Source: Myxococcales bacterium (GTDB lineage Bacteria; Desulfobacterota; Binatia; HRBIN30). Taken from it: a stretch of 64,000 nucleotides of DNA. Made by a program: the position numbers and the translations under genes. A model generated the notes under the pieces. The model was not told where the DNA came from, ran no database searches, and saw only the letters and a list, made by a program, of their open reading frames with translations. Every line of letters starts with the position of its first letter. Position 1 is the stretch's first letter. The stretch covers positions 63,577-127,576 of the forward strand of contig JBBILD010000009.1 in assembly GCA_037445065.1 (NCBI GenBank). Direction: 5' to 3'. Shown in pieces: positions 50,738-60,707 of this stretch.

Positions 50738-51832
50738 TCAAACAACGGGGTGGCGTGGGATGCGCTCGTTGAAGCGCCACAACCCTTCGGCACGCGCGCT
50801 AGCAAAAGCGGCACGCAGTTCTTGGCCGTAAGGCCGGCGGTTTAGCTCGCCGTATTTCTCTTCGCTCACGGTTCCGGTGGGCCGGTACTGGTCCATGATG
50901 TTCACGTAGGTGTCGCGGTCCACCTCGCGAGCGAGGAAGCGAAAGATCTGCTGCGCATCGTCCGTGGCCCCGGGCATCACCAGGTGGCGGACCAAGAGCC
51001 CGCGCACGGCGATTCCGTTGCGGTCGAAGCGCAGCGGCCCGACCTGGCGTTGCATTTCGCGGATGGCGCGGCGCGCCACCTCTGGGTAATCGGCTGCCTT
51101 CAGGTATCGGCGCGCTTTTTCCGCGTCCCAGTATTTGAAGTCGGGCATGTAAATGTCCACCACCCCGTCGAGCAGCTCGAGGCTACGCAGCGAGTCGTAA
51201 GCGCTCGTGTTGTACACGATCGGCAGGCGCAGGCCTTGTTCCGCAGCGAGGCACAGCGCCTCGAGCACTTGCGGCACGACGTGCTCCGGGGTCACCCAGT
51301 TGATGTTATGGCAGCCAAGAGCCTGCAGGCGCAGCATCTCGGCGGCCAACTGCTCGGGTGTGAGTTCCACGCCTTCGCCGAACTGGCTGACGTCCCAGTT
51401 CTGACAAAACACGCAGCGCAGGTTGCAGAAGGAGAAGAAGATGGTACCCGAGCCATTCCAGCCGCGCAGGCAGTCTTCCTCGCCAAAGTGAGGGAACGCG
51501 GAGGCGACGCGGGCGTAGCGACCGGTAAAGCAACTGGTGCCTTTGGGAATATGGGCTGGCACGGCCCGCCCACGGACGCGCGACGCGCTCGCGATTCCCC
51601 GGGGTGTCTCGTGTTGCGGTGCGGGCAGCGCGTGAAAACGGTCCACACCGCAGTCCCGCGGGCAAACGCGGCACTCGCGCAATTCCTCGACCGCTGCCCA
51701 GGCGCGCCGCCGGAGTTCGCCCGACCGGGCAAGCCGCAGGTACGAAGGTTCGGGCGGCTCGTCGGTAATGAAGCGCGCAATCGCCTCCGGCCACGGACGA
51801 GAAGCGAGATCGCTCGACCAGGCAAAGCGCAT
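50738..51832 (-). CDS. Radical SAM protein, PflX-like (putative pyruvate formate-lyase activase-related)
   Basis: CX3CX2C cluster motif FSFCNLRCVFCQNWD, an upstream Cys-rich CRVCPRDCGVDR, and GSGTIFFS. Confidence 0.85.
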   Translation of the reverse strand: MRFAWSSDLASRPWPEAIARFITDEPPEPSYLRLARSGELRRRAWAAVEELRECRVCPRDCGVDRFHALPAPQHETPRGIASASRVRGRAVPAHIPKGTSCFTGRYARVASAFPHFGEEDCLRGWNGSGTIFFSFCNLRCVFCQNWDVSQFGEGVELTPEQLAAEMLRLQALGCHNINWVTPEHVVPQVLEALCLAAEQGLRLPIVYNTSAYDSLRSLELLDGVVDIYMPDFKYWDAEKARRYLKAADYPEVARRAIREMQRQVGPLRFDRNGIAVRGLLVRHLVMPGATDDAQQIFRFLAREVDRDTYVNIMDQYRPTGTVSEEKYGELNRRPYGQELRAAFASARAEGLWRFNERIPRHPVV

Positions 51833-51882
51833 GCAAGCAGTCTAGCGGCTGGTCGGTGCCCCCTCACCCTGGCCCATGGGAG

Positions 51883-53016
51883 TCAGCGCAGTGTACGGAA
51901 AAACTTGCGCACGTCGTCCACGAACAGCTCGGGTTGCTCCATGGCCGCGAAGTGGCCGCCGCGCGGCATCTCCGTCCAATGCGTTACGTTGTAGTGGTTC
52001 TCCACCCACTTGCGCGGGAAGCGCATGATCTCGCGGGGAAAGCGCGCCACCCCAGTGGGAACCTCGATCCGGTTGGCCAAAAAGAACACGCGCCCGTGTT
52101 TGAACACCTCGTAATAGAGGCGCATCGAGGAGGTGATCGTGCCCGTGACCCAGTAAACCATAATATTGGTGAGCAGCTCGTCCTTGGTGAACACGTTCTC
52201 CGGATTGCCCCCGCAGTCGCTCCAGGTGCGGAACTTCTCCACGATCCACGCTGCCAGGCCCGCTGGCGAATCGTTCAGAGCAAAGCCCAAGGTTTGCGGT
52301 TTGGTACCCTGGATCTTCTGGTAGGCGGTTTCCTCGCGCTCGAACTCTGCCATCTCTGCCAAGTCGCGCCGCTCCGCATCGCTCAGGTCCGTGCGGTCCT
52401 CCTGGGCAATCGCGAGAGGCATGTTGAGATGCAGGCCGCACATGTGCTGCGCATCGAAGAGGGCCAGGCAGCTCGTGATAATCGCGCCCCAGTCGCCCCC
52501 TTGGGCTCCGTAGCGCGCGTAACCGAGGCGGCGCATCAGTTCAGCGAACGCCTCGGCCATGCGCTGCGCATCCCACATCTCGCTGCGCGTTACCTCGGAA
52601 AAGCCGTAACCAGGCAAGGAGGGGCAAACCACATGAAAGGCATCCTGTGCGCTCCCGCCGTGCGCCTCCGGATCGGTGAGCGGACCAATGACCTTCAAAA
52701 ACTCCACGAACGATCCCGGCCAACCATGCACGAGGAGCAAGGCGAGTGCGTTTTCATGGCGGGAGCGGGCGTGCACAAAATGGATTTGCTGTCCATCGAT
52801 CTCGGTGCGGTAGTGCTCCAAGCGGTTCAGTTCCCGCTCGTGAACGCGCCAGTCGTAACGGTCCCGCCAGTAGGCGACGAGTTCCTTCATGTAATCGAGG
52901 TCCGTGCCGTAGCGCCAGCCGGTACCCGGGATCTGATCGGGAAAGCGCGTCGCGGCCAGCCGCCGCTTCAAGTCGGCCAGCACTTCGTCTCCGATGTGGA
53001 TCGTAAACCGCTCCAT
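51883..53016 (-). CDS. Epoxide hydrolase (N-terminal EHN domain plus alpha/beta fold)
   Basis: FTIHIGDEVLADLKRRLAATRFPDQ...GWRYGTDLDYMKELVAYWRDRYDWR, LLLVHGWPGSFVEF, GGDWGA, and C-terminal GGHFAAMEQPELF. Confidence 0.88.
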   Translation of the reverse strand: MERFTIHIGDEVLADLKRRLAATRFPDQIPGTGWRYGTDLDYMKELVAYWRDRYDWRVHERELNRLEHYRTEIDGQQIHFVHARSRHENALALLLVHGWPGSFVEFLKVIGPLTDPEAHGGSAQDAFHVVCPSLPGYGFSEVTRSEMWDAQRMAEAFAELMRRLGYARYGAQGGDWGAIITSCLALFDAQHMCGLHLNMPLAIAQEDRTDLSDAERRDLAEMAEFEREETAYQKIQGTKPQTLGFALNDSPAGLAAWIVEKFRTWSDCGGNPENVFTKDELLTNIMVYWVTGTITSSMRLYYEVFKHGRVFFLANRIEVPTGVARFPREIMRFPRKWVENHYNVTHWTEMPRGGHFAAMEQPELFVDDVRKFFRTLR

Positions 53017-53122
53017 ATCACCTCCGTCCGAACACGGCTTACACTGCCCGAGGGCCGAGGTTGAAGAAAGAGTCCGTGCCGGTCGTTACCCGGCGCAGCA
53101 GGAAAGGGGTCGTCGGCGTGGC

Positions 53123-54412
53123 TCAACGGCAGCGCGGGTCGGACCGCTGCAGAAAATCCACCGTCTCTTGCGACAAGGAAAGGGGCACGCAGCCGTGGTT
53201 GTTCTCGCACACGTAGTCGAACGAGCGGGCAGCACTGTGGCAGCCGTAACACGGAGTCTCCGCCCCACCGCGGCTCGCAATCCGGGTCCCAGCGCGGTTT
53301 ACGCTCAACGTCAAGTATTCCCAACCGCCGTGCTCTGTGTCGAAGCTGCCGCCGCGCTTGACCATCGCTTCGCCTGGAATGAGCTGGATCACCGTGCCGA
53401 CGGGGAACTCGAGCCCAGGCTGCTCCCCGCCGGCTGCGGCTATGGCCAAGGTCTCCTCCAAACGGCCCAGCCGATTGGTCACGCGAAAGTGGCGCACCTG
53501 CGGCCAGTTGAGCAGGCACTCGAAGTCGCCCTCGCGGGCGACAAACTCGAGTGCAGGCTGCGGGCAACCATTCAAGGCGTTGTTCACGGCGCCGATCAAT
53601 TCGTCCACCGTGACCAGCCCGTCCCCATTGCCATCGAAGGGCGGGCAAGCCTCCAGCCCGGTTTGCTCCAGCGCAATGTTCACGCCCAGGATAATTTCGT
53701 CCACCGTGACCTCACCATCTCCTCCGCAATCGCCCAGGCAGGCCGGCACCGGGGGCAGGGTGGGTGTCGCGGTCGGTGTAGGTAGCGGTGGTTCGGTGGG
53801 CGTGGCCGTCGGTGTGGCAGGTACGGTCGGTTCGAGCGTGTTCGTAGGCGTCGGGGTAAGAGGCTCCCCCGCGCGAACACGCACCGCGAGCGTGGTGGCA
53901 GCCGCCCGATCGCCGGCGTTGGTACCGTTGCGGTTGACACTATTGCCGGCGGCAAACAACGTGTATTCTCCGGGGGCTGCTGGGGCTTGCCACTGGAAGG
54001 AAAAACTTGCCTCGCCGCTTGCGTCGTTCGGCTTCGGCGCCACGTGCGTGATCTCGCCCAGTTGCAGGCGCGTGCCTTCGTTCGGGAGCACCGAAAGCAT
54101 GCCCGCACTGGCTGCGACGTTGAGCCCTGCGGCAACTTGTTGTGCCGGGGCATTGGAGCGCACCACGAAGCGGAAGGTCGCTACAGCTTGCGGAGCCAGT
54201 TCCGTTGGTCCTTCCAGGCGCACGCTGGGCTCCACTCCCCCCGCATGGCATCCGGGCTGGTTGCAAATCGCCCCCTGCTTTCCAGACACTCCGGTGATAC
54301 CGGTAGAAAACGCCAGTACCGGCGTCGCCCAGGCAATCGCCCAGAACGCCACTCCCACCCTTGACCAAGGCAACCATCTCGCCCGCACGGCGCACCTCCT
54401 GAGCGCCGGCAA
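53123..54412 (-). CDS. Secreted modular protein: N-terminal Cys/His domain, Pro/Thr linker, dockerin/EF-hand-like repeats, C-terminal CxxCH domain
   Basis: Signal-like N-terminus (VGVAFWAIAWATPVLA), CNQPGCHAGG, a PT-rich linker (TPTPTNTLEPTVPATPTATPTEPPLPTPTATPTLPP), DCGGDGEVTVDE and DGNGDGLVTVDE repeats, and C-terminal GGWEYL...CYGCH. Confidence 0.65.
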   Translation of the reverse strand: MPALRRCAVRARWLPWSRVGVAFWAIAWATPVLAFSTGITGVSGKQGAICNQPGCHAGGVEPSVRLEGPTELAPQAVATFRFVVRSNAPAQQVAAGLNVAASAGMLSVLPNEGTRLQLGEITHVAPKPNDASGEASFSFQWQAPAAPGEYTLFAAGNSVNRNGTNAGDRAAATTLAVRVRAGEPLTPTPTNTLEPTVPATPTATPTEPPLPTPTATPTLPPVPACLGDCGGDGEVTVDEIILGVNIALEQTGLEACPPFDGNGDGLVTVDELIGAVNNALNGCPQPALEFVAREGDFECLLNWPQVRHFRVTNRLGRLEETLAIAAAGGEQPGLEFPVGTVIQLIPGEAMVKRGGSFDTEHGGWEYLTLSVNRAGTRIASRGGAETPCYGCHSAARSFDYVCENNHGCVPLSLSQETVDFLQRSDPRCR

Positions 54413-54487
54413 TCGTGCTCGGCAGGTCCGGCTAAGTCAAGGCAGCGCCGCGTTGAGCAGCGTGATAGCTGCGGCTAGGCTGGCCGC

Positions 54488-55699
54488 GTGTTTGTCGAAC
54501 AGGACAGCTCGCGGCGCATCACCCGTGAGGTACGAGTCGGCTCGATCGTGATCGGAGGCCGCGCGCCGATCGCCGTGCAGAGCATGTGCGCCACCAAGAC
54601 CCGCAACGTTGACGCCACCGTGGCGCAAATTGAACAGTTACGGGCTGTGGGCGCGGCAGTGATTCGGGTGGCGGTAGACAATGAACTCGAGGCGCAAGCC
54701 TTGCGCGAAATCCGCCGGCAAACAGACGCGGTGCTGGCCGTGGATCTGCAAGAAAACTACCGCCTCGCTGAGCAGGTTGCACCGTTCGTCAACAAGATTC
54801 GCTACAACCCAGGCCATCTACACCACATCGAGCGGCACAAACCCGTGCGCGACAAAGTGGCGTGGTTGGTAGCGGTCGCGCGCGACCACGACTTAGCGAT
54901 TCGCATCGGGGTGAACTGCGGCTCAGTGGCACCCGAGTTCCTCTCCCGCTTCCCAGAGGATGCGCTTCAAGCATTGGTGGAGTCTGCGATCTTCCACTGC
55001 GACTTGATGGAGGAGCTCGGCTTCGAGCGTTACGTGGTTTCGCTCAAAGACTCCGATCCGAACAAGGTCGTGGAGGCAAACCGGCGCTTTGCGGCCCTGC
55101 GCCCGCACGTGCCGTTGCACCTGGGAGTCACAGAAGCGGGCCTCCCTCCGGAGGGAATCATCAAGACGCGCCTGGCCTTCGAGAAGCTTCTCGCCGTGGG
55201 CATCGGGGAGACCATTCGCGTCTCCCTCACCTTACCCAACCAGCGCAAGCACGAAGAAGTCCTCGCCGGCAGGCAGATCCTGGCCGACGTGGCAGCCGGA
55301 CGCTTCCTAACCGTGCCGGACTTCACCTCTGGCCTCAACATCATTTCCTGCCCGAGCTGTTCGCGCGTGGAGAACGAACGTTTCGTAGAACTGGCCGAAG
55401 AGGTACGCGCGCTGACCCGCTACGCCGCCCACCACCGAATTACGATTGCCGTGATGGGTTGCCGGGTCAACGGTCCGGGCGAAACAGACGATGCCGATCT
55501 CGGGCTGTGGTGCGGGCCCAGCACCGTGAACCTCAAGCGGGGACCGAGGAAAATCGGGAGCTTTCGCTACCATGAAGTTCTGGGCAAGTTGCGGGAGGAA
55601 CTCGACCGCTTGATTGCCGAGCGGGAACAGGGGCACAATCTCGGGCTGCAGGAGAACAACTCAGAAACAATCTCGGCGGGTGCGAGTCGTGCGAAGTGA
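54488..55699 (+). CDS. ispG: 4-hydroxy-3-methylbut-2-en-1-yl diphosphate synthase (IspG/GcpE)
   Basis: [78 protein letters not shown] start. Confidence 0.92.
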   Translation: MFVEQDSSRRITREVRVGSIVIGGRAPIAVQSMCATKTRNVDATVAQIEQLRAVGAAVIRVAVDNELEAQALREIRRQTDAVLAVDLQENYRLAEQVAPFVNKIRYNPGHLHHIERHKPVRDKVAWLVAVARDHDLAIRIGVNCGSVAPEFLSRFPEDALQALVESAIFHCDLMEELGFERYVVSLKDSDPNKVVEANRRFAALRPHVPLHLGVTEAGLPPEGIIKTRLAFEKLLAVGIGETIRVSLTLPNQRKHEEVLAGRQILADVAAGRFLTVPDFTSGLNIISCPSCSRVENERFVELAEEVRALTRYAAHHRITIAVMGCRVNGPGETDDADLGLWCGPSTVNLKRGPRKIGSFRYHEVLGKLREELDRLIAEREQGHNLGLQENNSETISAGASRAK

Positions 55700-55709
55700 A
55701 GCCAAGATC

Positions 55710-56003
55710 ATGCTCGGGTTCCTCGTGCGCCGGTGCGCCCATGCCATTGGCCACGAACCCACACCAGGCGAGTTTGCGGCCTGGGCCAACAACTACCGCG
55801 AGCAACCCGGAGAACGCGCTCACTACCTGTTCGGGCGGCCGATCACCGAGTACGAGGCAGAGGTGATCATGCGCCATCCGGGCAGGGAGGTGACCACTCG
55901 CCTGACCCCGCCCGCCAACCCGGCCTGCCCGGATGGGGCGGCCGTGCGCGGCCGGGTGGTGTGGCTGGCCGCGGTACGCCAGCGAGCGGACACCTCGAAG
56001 TAA
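55710..56003 (+). CDS. Hypothetical small protein (97 aa)
   Basis: An ORF filling the ispG-mutS2 gap, 10 nt after the ispG stop and 3 nt before the mutS2 start. Its composition looks protein-like, but I recognise no motif. Confidence 0.4.
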   Translation: MLGFLVRRCAHAIGHEPTPGEFAAWANNYREQPGERAHYLFGRPITEYEAEVIMRHPGREVTTRLTPPANPACPDGAAVRGRVVWLAAVRQRADTSK

Positions 56004-56006
56004 ACC

Positions 56007-58382
56007 GTGCGCGAGCGCGACCTCAGCGTCCTCGAGTTTCCCGAACTGCTGACCCACTTGAGCGGCTTCGCTCGTTCCGCCGCCGGCAAGGAGGCATGCT
56101 TGCACCTGCGGCCAGAACGCGAGCAAGCGGGAGCACGGGCGGCTCTCGAACAGACCGCGCAACTGTTCGCGTTGCTTCGCGAGCACGGCGACCTGCCCCT
56201 GGGCGCGTTCCCGGACCTCACCGCCGTTTTCCAGCGGGCCGCGCGGCCTGGTTCCATCTTGGAGGCGGAAAGCTTGCTCGCCATCCGCGAGGTGCTGGAC
56301 TGTGCGGATGCGGTGCTCGGGTTTTTACGGCCACGGTTAGCGGCGGCCCCCGCTTTGCAATCCTGCTTGCGGCGCATGGATGCGCAGCGCGAGCTGCGCT
56401 CGAGCCTGCACCGCGCCCTCGACGCCTCGGGCCAGGTGGCAGACGAAGCCAGCGAGGAGTTGGCGGCGATCCGGCGGGAAATTCGCCACTTGCGCGCGCG
56501 CCTGCAACGCCGACTGGAAGCGCTGCTCACCGACGCGCGAATGCAAGAGTACCTGGCCGACCGCTTCGTGACCGTGCGCCATAACCGCTACGTCCTGCCG
56601 ATTCGGAGTGCCGCGGCGGCCCGCTTCGAAGGAATCGTGCAAGACCGCTCCTCCTCCGGCGAAACCGCCTTCATGGAGCCTCTGTTCGCGGTAGAGATGA
56701 ACAACCGCCTGGCCCTCGCCGCACAGGAAGAAGAGCGAATCGTGCGCCGGATCCTCTTCGACCTCACGGAAATGGTGCGCGATCTTCTCCCCTCGCTGCA
56801 GTCCACGTTCGAAGCGCTGGTGGAACTCGACTGTGCCGCCGCCCGGGCCCGCTTAGCGGCAAGCTACGAAGGAACTGTTCCCGAGTGGAGCGCGGAAGGG
56901 GTGGAGATCCGCCAGGCACGCCATCCCCTGTTGCTCGCGCGCGGGGTCGAGGCAGTTCCCATCGACTTGTTGATTCCGCCTGGAAAGCAAGCGCTGGTGC
57001 TCACCGGTCCCAACACTGGCGGCAAGACCGTGGCGTTGAAGACCCTGGGGTTGCTCGCCTTGATGGCGCAGAGCGGCATGCTGCTGCCCGCTGCTGCCGG
57101 CGCCCGCTTGCCGTTCTTTCGCGCCGTATTTGCTGACATCGGCGACGAGCAGAGCCTGGCACGCAACCTTTCCACGTTTTCTGCGCACATCGCAAACCTG
57201 GTGGAGATCGTGCACGCGCAGGCAGCGCCGGCTTTGGTGCTCCTCGACGAGCCCGGCGTAGGAACCGACCCAGAAGAAGGAGCCGCGCTGGCCATCGGCC
57301 TCGTGCGCGAGCTCTTGGCCCCTGCCACTTGGCTGGCTCTCACCACTCATTACCTGCCGATCAAAACGTTTGCCCTTGCGCACGAGGCCTGCGTGACCGC
57401 GGCGGTGGATTTCGACTTGGAGGCGCTGCGGCCTCGTTACCGACTGGTGTACCATTCGGTGGGAGAAAGCCTGGGGCTGCCGATCGCTCGCCGCCTCGGC
57501 CTGCCCGAACCGGTTTTACGCAAGGCCGCGGAAGCACGCTCGGCGTCGAGCCGTGCCTTGCTCGACGCCATCGCTACCCTGGAGGCAAGCCGGCGCGAAT
57601 ACGAGGAAAAGGCCGCCGCAGCCGAGGCCGCCCGCGCGCAAGCCCTGCGCTTGCAGCAGGAACTCGAAGCTTTACGCGAGCAGCTCGCTCGCCAACTTGC
57701 CGAGCTGCGCCGCGCGAAGCGGGAGCGGGTGGCGGAAGAACTGCGAGAGGCCAGGGAATTCCTCCACGAACTCAAGCAACAGGGCCGAGAATTGCTGGCC
57801 GCCCTCGAGCGCGGGCAGCGCGGCCGCAGTGACTTGCTGGCGTTCCTGCGCGAGAAAGCCGCCCAGATCGAGGGCCAGCACCGAGCGAGCGCCGACGAAC
57901 AGCCTGAACTCGCAGGAGAAGCGGAGCGGGAGGGCACGCCTTTGCAAATTGGCGACTGGGTAGAGATCCCGGGGGAGAACATCCGCGGCCGGCTGGTCGC
58001 CGTAGAAGGGGAGCGGGCGTGGATCCAACGCGGCAGTCTACGCTTCGAGCTGCCGGCGCGGAGGCTGCGGCGCGCAGCGGGTGCCGAACACAACCAGCGC
58101 GACGACCGCCCGATGGTCAGCGCGTCCCCGGGCCGCGAAGCCAGCGAGATCAGCTTGCTCGGCTTGCGCGCGCAAGAGGCGTTGGAGCAGCTCGAGCGCT
58201 TTCTCGACCGGGCCGTGCGAGCCGGGGAGGGCCGCGTACGTATCATTCATGGCGTGGGCAGCGGCGCGCTCAAGCGCGCAGTTGGGGACTACCTGGCACG
58301 TTGCCCGTACCGGGTGCGTTTCCGAGGCGCAGACCCCCAAGAAGGAGGCGCTGGCGTCACCATTGTCGAGTTAGAAAACTGA
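56007..58382 (+). CDS. mutS2: Endonuclease MutS2 (MutS-like ATPase with a C-terminal Smr domain)
   Basis: LEFPELLTHL, Walker A LTGPNTGGKTVALK, LVLLDEPGVGTDPEEG, long coiled coil, and the Smr domain EISLLGLRAQEALEQLERFLD...IIHGVGSGALKRAV. GTG start. Confidence 0.92.
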   Translation: MRERDLSVLEFPELLTHLSGFARSAAGKEACLHLRPEREQAGARAALEQTAQLFALLREHGDLPLGAFPDLTAVFQRAARPGSILEAESLLAIREVLDCADAVLGFLRPRLAAAPALQSCLRRMDAQRELRSSLHRALDASGQVADEASEELAAIRREIRHLRARLQRRLEALLTDARMQEYLADRFVTVRHNRYVLPIRSAAAARFEGIVQDRSSSGETAFMEPLFAVEMNNRLALAAQEEERIVRRILFDLTEMVRDLLPSLQSTFEALVELDCAAARARLAASYEGTVPEWSAEGVEIRQARHPLLLARGVEAVPIDLLIPPGKQALVLTGPNTGGKTVALKTLGLLALMAQSGMLLPAAAGARLPFFRAVFADIGDEQSLARNLSTFSAHIANLVEIVHAQAAPALVLLDEPGVGTDPEEGAALAIGLVRELLAPATWLALTTHYLPIKTFALAHEACVTAAVDFDLEALRPRYRLVYHSVGESLGLPIARRLGLPEPVLRKAAEARSASSRALLDAIATLEASRREYEEKAAAAEAARAQALRLQQELEALREQLARQLAELRRAKRERVAEELREAREFLHELKQQGRELLAALERGQRGRSDLLAFLREKAAQIEGQHRASADEQPELAGEAEREGTPLQIGDWVEIPGENIRGRLVAVEGERAWIQRGSLRFELPARRLRRAAGAEHNQRDDRPMVSASPGREASEISLLGLRAQEALEQLERFLDRAVRAGEGRVRIIHGVGSGALKRAVGDYLARCPYRVRFRGADPQEGGAGVTIVELEN

Positions 58383-58566
58383 GCAGAGCAAAGTCACAGG
58401 CACGCTGTGCGCTCGCCTGGCACAGGCGGGGCCGCAGGTTGCCTCCAAAGTGCGCCGGGTCGGCTCGCGGGACCATCCAGAACTCCGGCCCGAGGCGGCC
58501 CCCTTTGGCCCCGCTTTGCCGTGTGTTAGCTTCGCCCGAACCGCGTGGGAGCAAAGGAGGCCAGAC

Positions 58567-59598
58567 ATGCGGGCAGTCGTCATGCGCGGCAAGTCACTGG
58601 TGGTTGACGAAGTCCCCGATCCCGTACCGCTCGAGGGCGAGGTGCTGGTGCGCACTCTCGCGTGCGGCATTTGCGGTTCGGACCTGCACGCCCTCGAACA
58701 CGCCGACAAAATGGTGGAGGCCGCGCGCGACACGGGTGCCCCATTCCGCTTGGACCCGAGCCGCGACGTGGTGATGGGTCATGAGTTTTGCTGCGAAGTC
58801 CTGGACTACGGCCCGCGCACTTCAGTGCAACTGCGACGCGGAACGCGAGTTGTCTCGATGCCGATCGTCTTCCGCGATGGCGGCATCGAGGGTGTCGGTT
58901 ATTCGAACCAAGTGCCGGGGGGTTACGGCGAACTGATGGTGCTCTCGGCTTCGCTCATCCTACCCGTGCCGAACGGGCTTCCTACCGACGAGGCCGCGCT
59001 CACTGAGCCCATGGCGGTGGGCTTGCATGCAGTGAACAAAGCCGCCCTGCAAAGCTGGGATGCTCCGCTCGTCATCGGTTGTGGCCCCGTGGGTCTGGCC
59101 GTGATTGCGGCGCTGCGACTGCGCGGGGCGGAACCGATCGTGGCGGCTGACTACTCCCCGGCGCGGCGAGCGCTAGCGCAAAAGATGGGGGCCCACGTGG
59201 TGGTGGATCCCGCACAAGAGTCTACCTTCGACGCCTATCGTAAGGCCGCGCAAATGCGCCCGGCCGTGATTTTCGAATGCGTGGGTGTGCCTGGGATTCT
59301 GCACAGCATCTTGCGCGAGGCGCCGCACAGCGCCCGCATCGTGGTGGCCGGGGTGTGCATGGAAAACGACACGATCCGACCGATCTACGGAATCAACAAA
59401 GAACTGAGCGTGCAGTTCGTGCTCGGCTATACGCCGGAGGAATTTTCGGCCACGCTCGAACATTTGGCAGAAGGCCGCATCGAGGTACGGCCGATGATCA
59501 CCGGACGCGTTGGCCTCGAGCAAGTACCGGAAGCCTTCTCCACCCTGCGCCAGCCAGACCAGCACGCAAAGATCCTGGTGCAGCCAGCGCGGAACTGA
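58567..59598 (+). CDS. Zinc-dependent alcohol dehydrogenase family (MDR) oxidoreductase
   Basis: LVRTLACGICGSDLHALEH, GHEFCCEV, Rossmann VIGCGPVGLAVI. AAGGAGG precedes ATG 58567. Confidence 0.85.
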   Translation: MRAVVMRGKSLVVDEVPDPVPLEGEVLVRTLACGICGSDLHALEHADKMVEAARDTGAPFRLDPSRDVVMGHEFCCEVLDYGPRTSVQLRRGTRVVSMPIVFRDGGIEGVGYSNQVPGGYGELMVLSASLILPVPNGLPTDEAALTEPMAVGLHAVNKAALQSWDAPLVIGCGPVGLAVIAALRLRGAEPIVAADYSPARRALAQKMGAHVVVDPAQESTFDAYRKAAQMRPAVIFECVGVPGILHSILREAPHSARIVVAGVCMENDTIRPIYGINKELSVQFVLGYTPEEFSATLEHLAEGRIEVRPMITGRVGLEQVPEAFSTLRQPDQHAKILVQPARN

Positions 59599-59757
59599 CC
59601 GCCCTTCGCTGCCTGAGGCGGAACGATCTTTCTGGCAAGGGTTGCAGAGGCCGCATGGTTGCGCCTGGGCGGCTGGTTCGGTAACTGGCGCGCTGGCCAG
59701 TGGCTCGGGACTCCGGCGCAGTGATCGCGCTGCGCCCCAGCCGGTGCCTCACGACCC

Positions 59758-60657
59758 ATGAAGCCAGAATTCACCGAACGTTTTTTTCGCAGCGGGACCC
59801 TACGCATTCACTTCCGCGACTGGGGCCAGGCTGACAAACCTCCGCTGGTGATCGTGCACGGTCTCCGCGACCACTCGCATTCCTTCGATGATCTCGCACG
59901 TAGCCTCGTGGACCGCTTTCACGTCCTCGCGCTCGACCTGCGCGGTCACGGCGATAGCGAGACGACTCCCTACTACGCCTTCGGCCACTTCGTGCTCGAC
60001 TTGCACAACATGGTGCGGGCACTGCGCTTGCAGAAGCCGATTCTCATCGGCCACTCTTTCGGTGGAGAGGTGGTCGCCGCATATGCTGGATGCTTTCCGC
60101 AGGTGCCTGAGAGACTCGTGATCATCGAGGGACTCGGTCCGCCGCCACCCGACATGGACCAAGCGGTGCGCCGCACGGTCGAAGGGTTCGCTCGCATCGA
60201 TCGTGCCTTTGCCGGACACCCGGGCCTGCCCGATCTGGAAGCCGCCTACCGCCGCTTGCGCGAGCGCAACCCGCGCCTGCCGGAGGGCAAGGCTCGCGAA
60301 CTCGCTGTGCTCGGCACCCGAGCCCGAGAGGACGGTACACTCGAGTGGAAGTTCGACGCCATGCTCGCCACCATGACGATCACCGGGCCCTTCCACCTCG
60401 AATACAGTATGGCGCTCTGGCGCCGCATCCAGGCTCCCACCCTCATCATTCACGGCGCGGAATCCGGCGAGTTTTGGCGCGGGCGGCCGGGCGCCCACTA
60501 TCTCGAGCCGGAAGACTTGCAGCGGCGCCTGGCTTGCTTCCGCGACCACCGGTTCGTCGAGATCGCTGGCGCCGGCCACATGGTGCACTTCGACCGGCCA
60601 CGAGAACTGGTGGTGGCGATCCGCGCCTTTCTGCTCGAGACCGCGGCGTCGAGCTAG
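59758..60657 (+). CDS. Alpha/beta hydrolase
   Basis: PLVIVHGLRDHSHSF, nucleophile elbow LIGHSFGGEV, and C-terminal GAGHMVHFDRP. Confidence 0.85.
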   Translation: MKPEFTERFFRSGTLRIHFRDWGQADKPPLVIVHGLRDHSHSFDDLARSLVDRFHVLALDLRGHGDSETTPYYAFGHFVLDLHNMVRALRLQKPILIGHSFGGEVVAAYAGCFPQVPERLVIIEGLGPPPPDMDQAVRRTVEGFARIDRAFAGHPGLPDLEAAYRRLRERNPRLPEGKARELAVLGTRAREDGTLEWKFDAMLATMTITGPFHLEYSMALWRRIQAPTLIIHGAESGEFWRGRPGAHYLEPEDLQRRLACFRDHRFVEIAGAGHMVHFDRPRELVVAIRAFLLETAASS

Positions 60658-60707
60658 CGTGTTGCGTCGCGTTCGGGCAGGCTTTGCGCGAGCCAGATTG
60701 CCCACGT

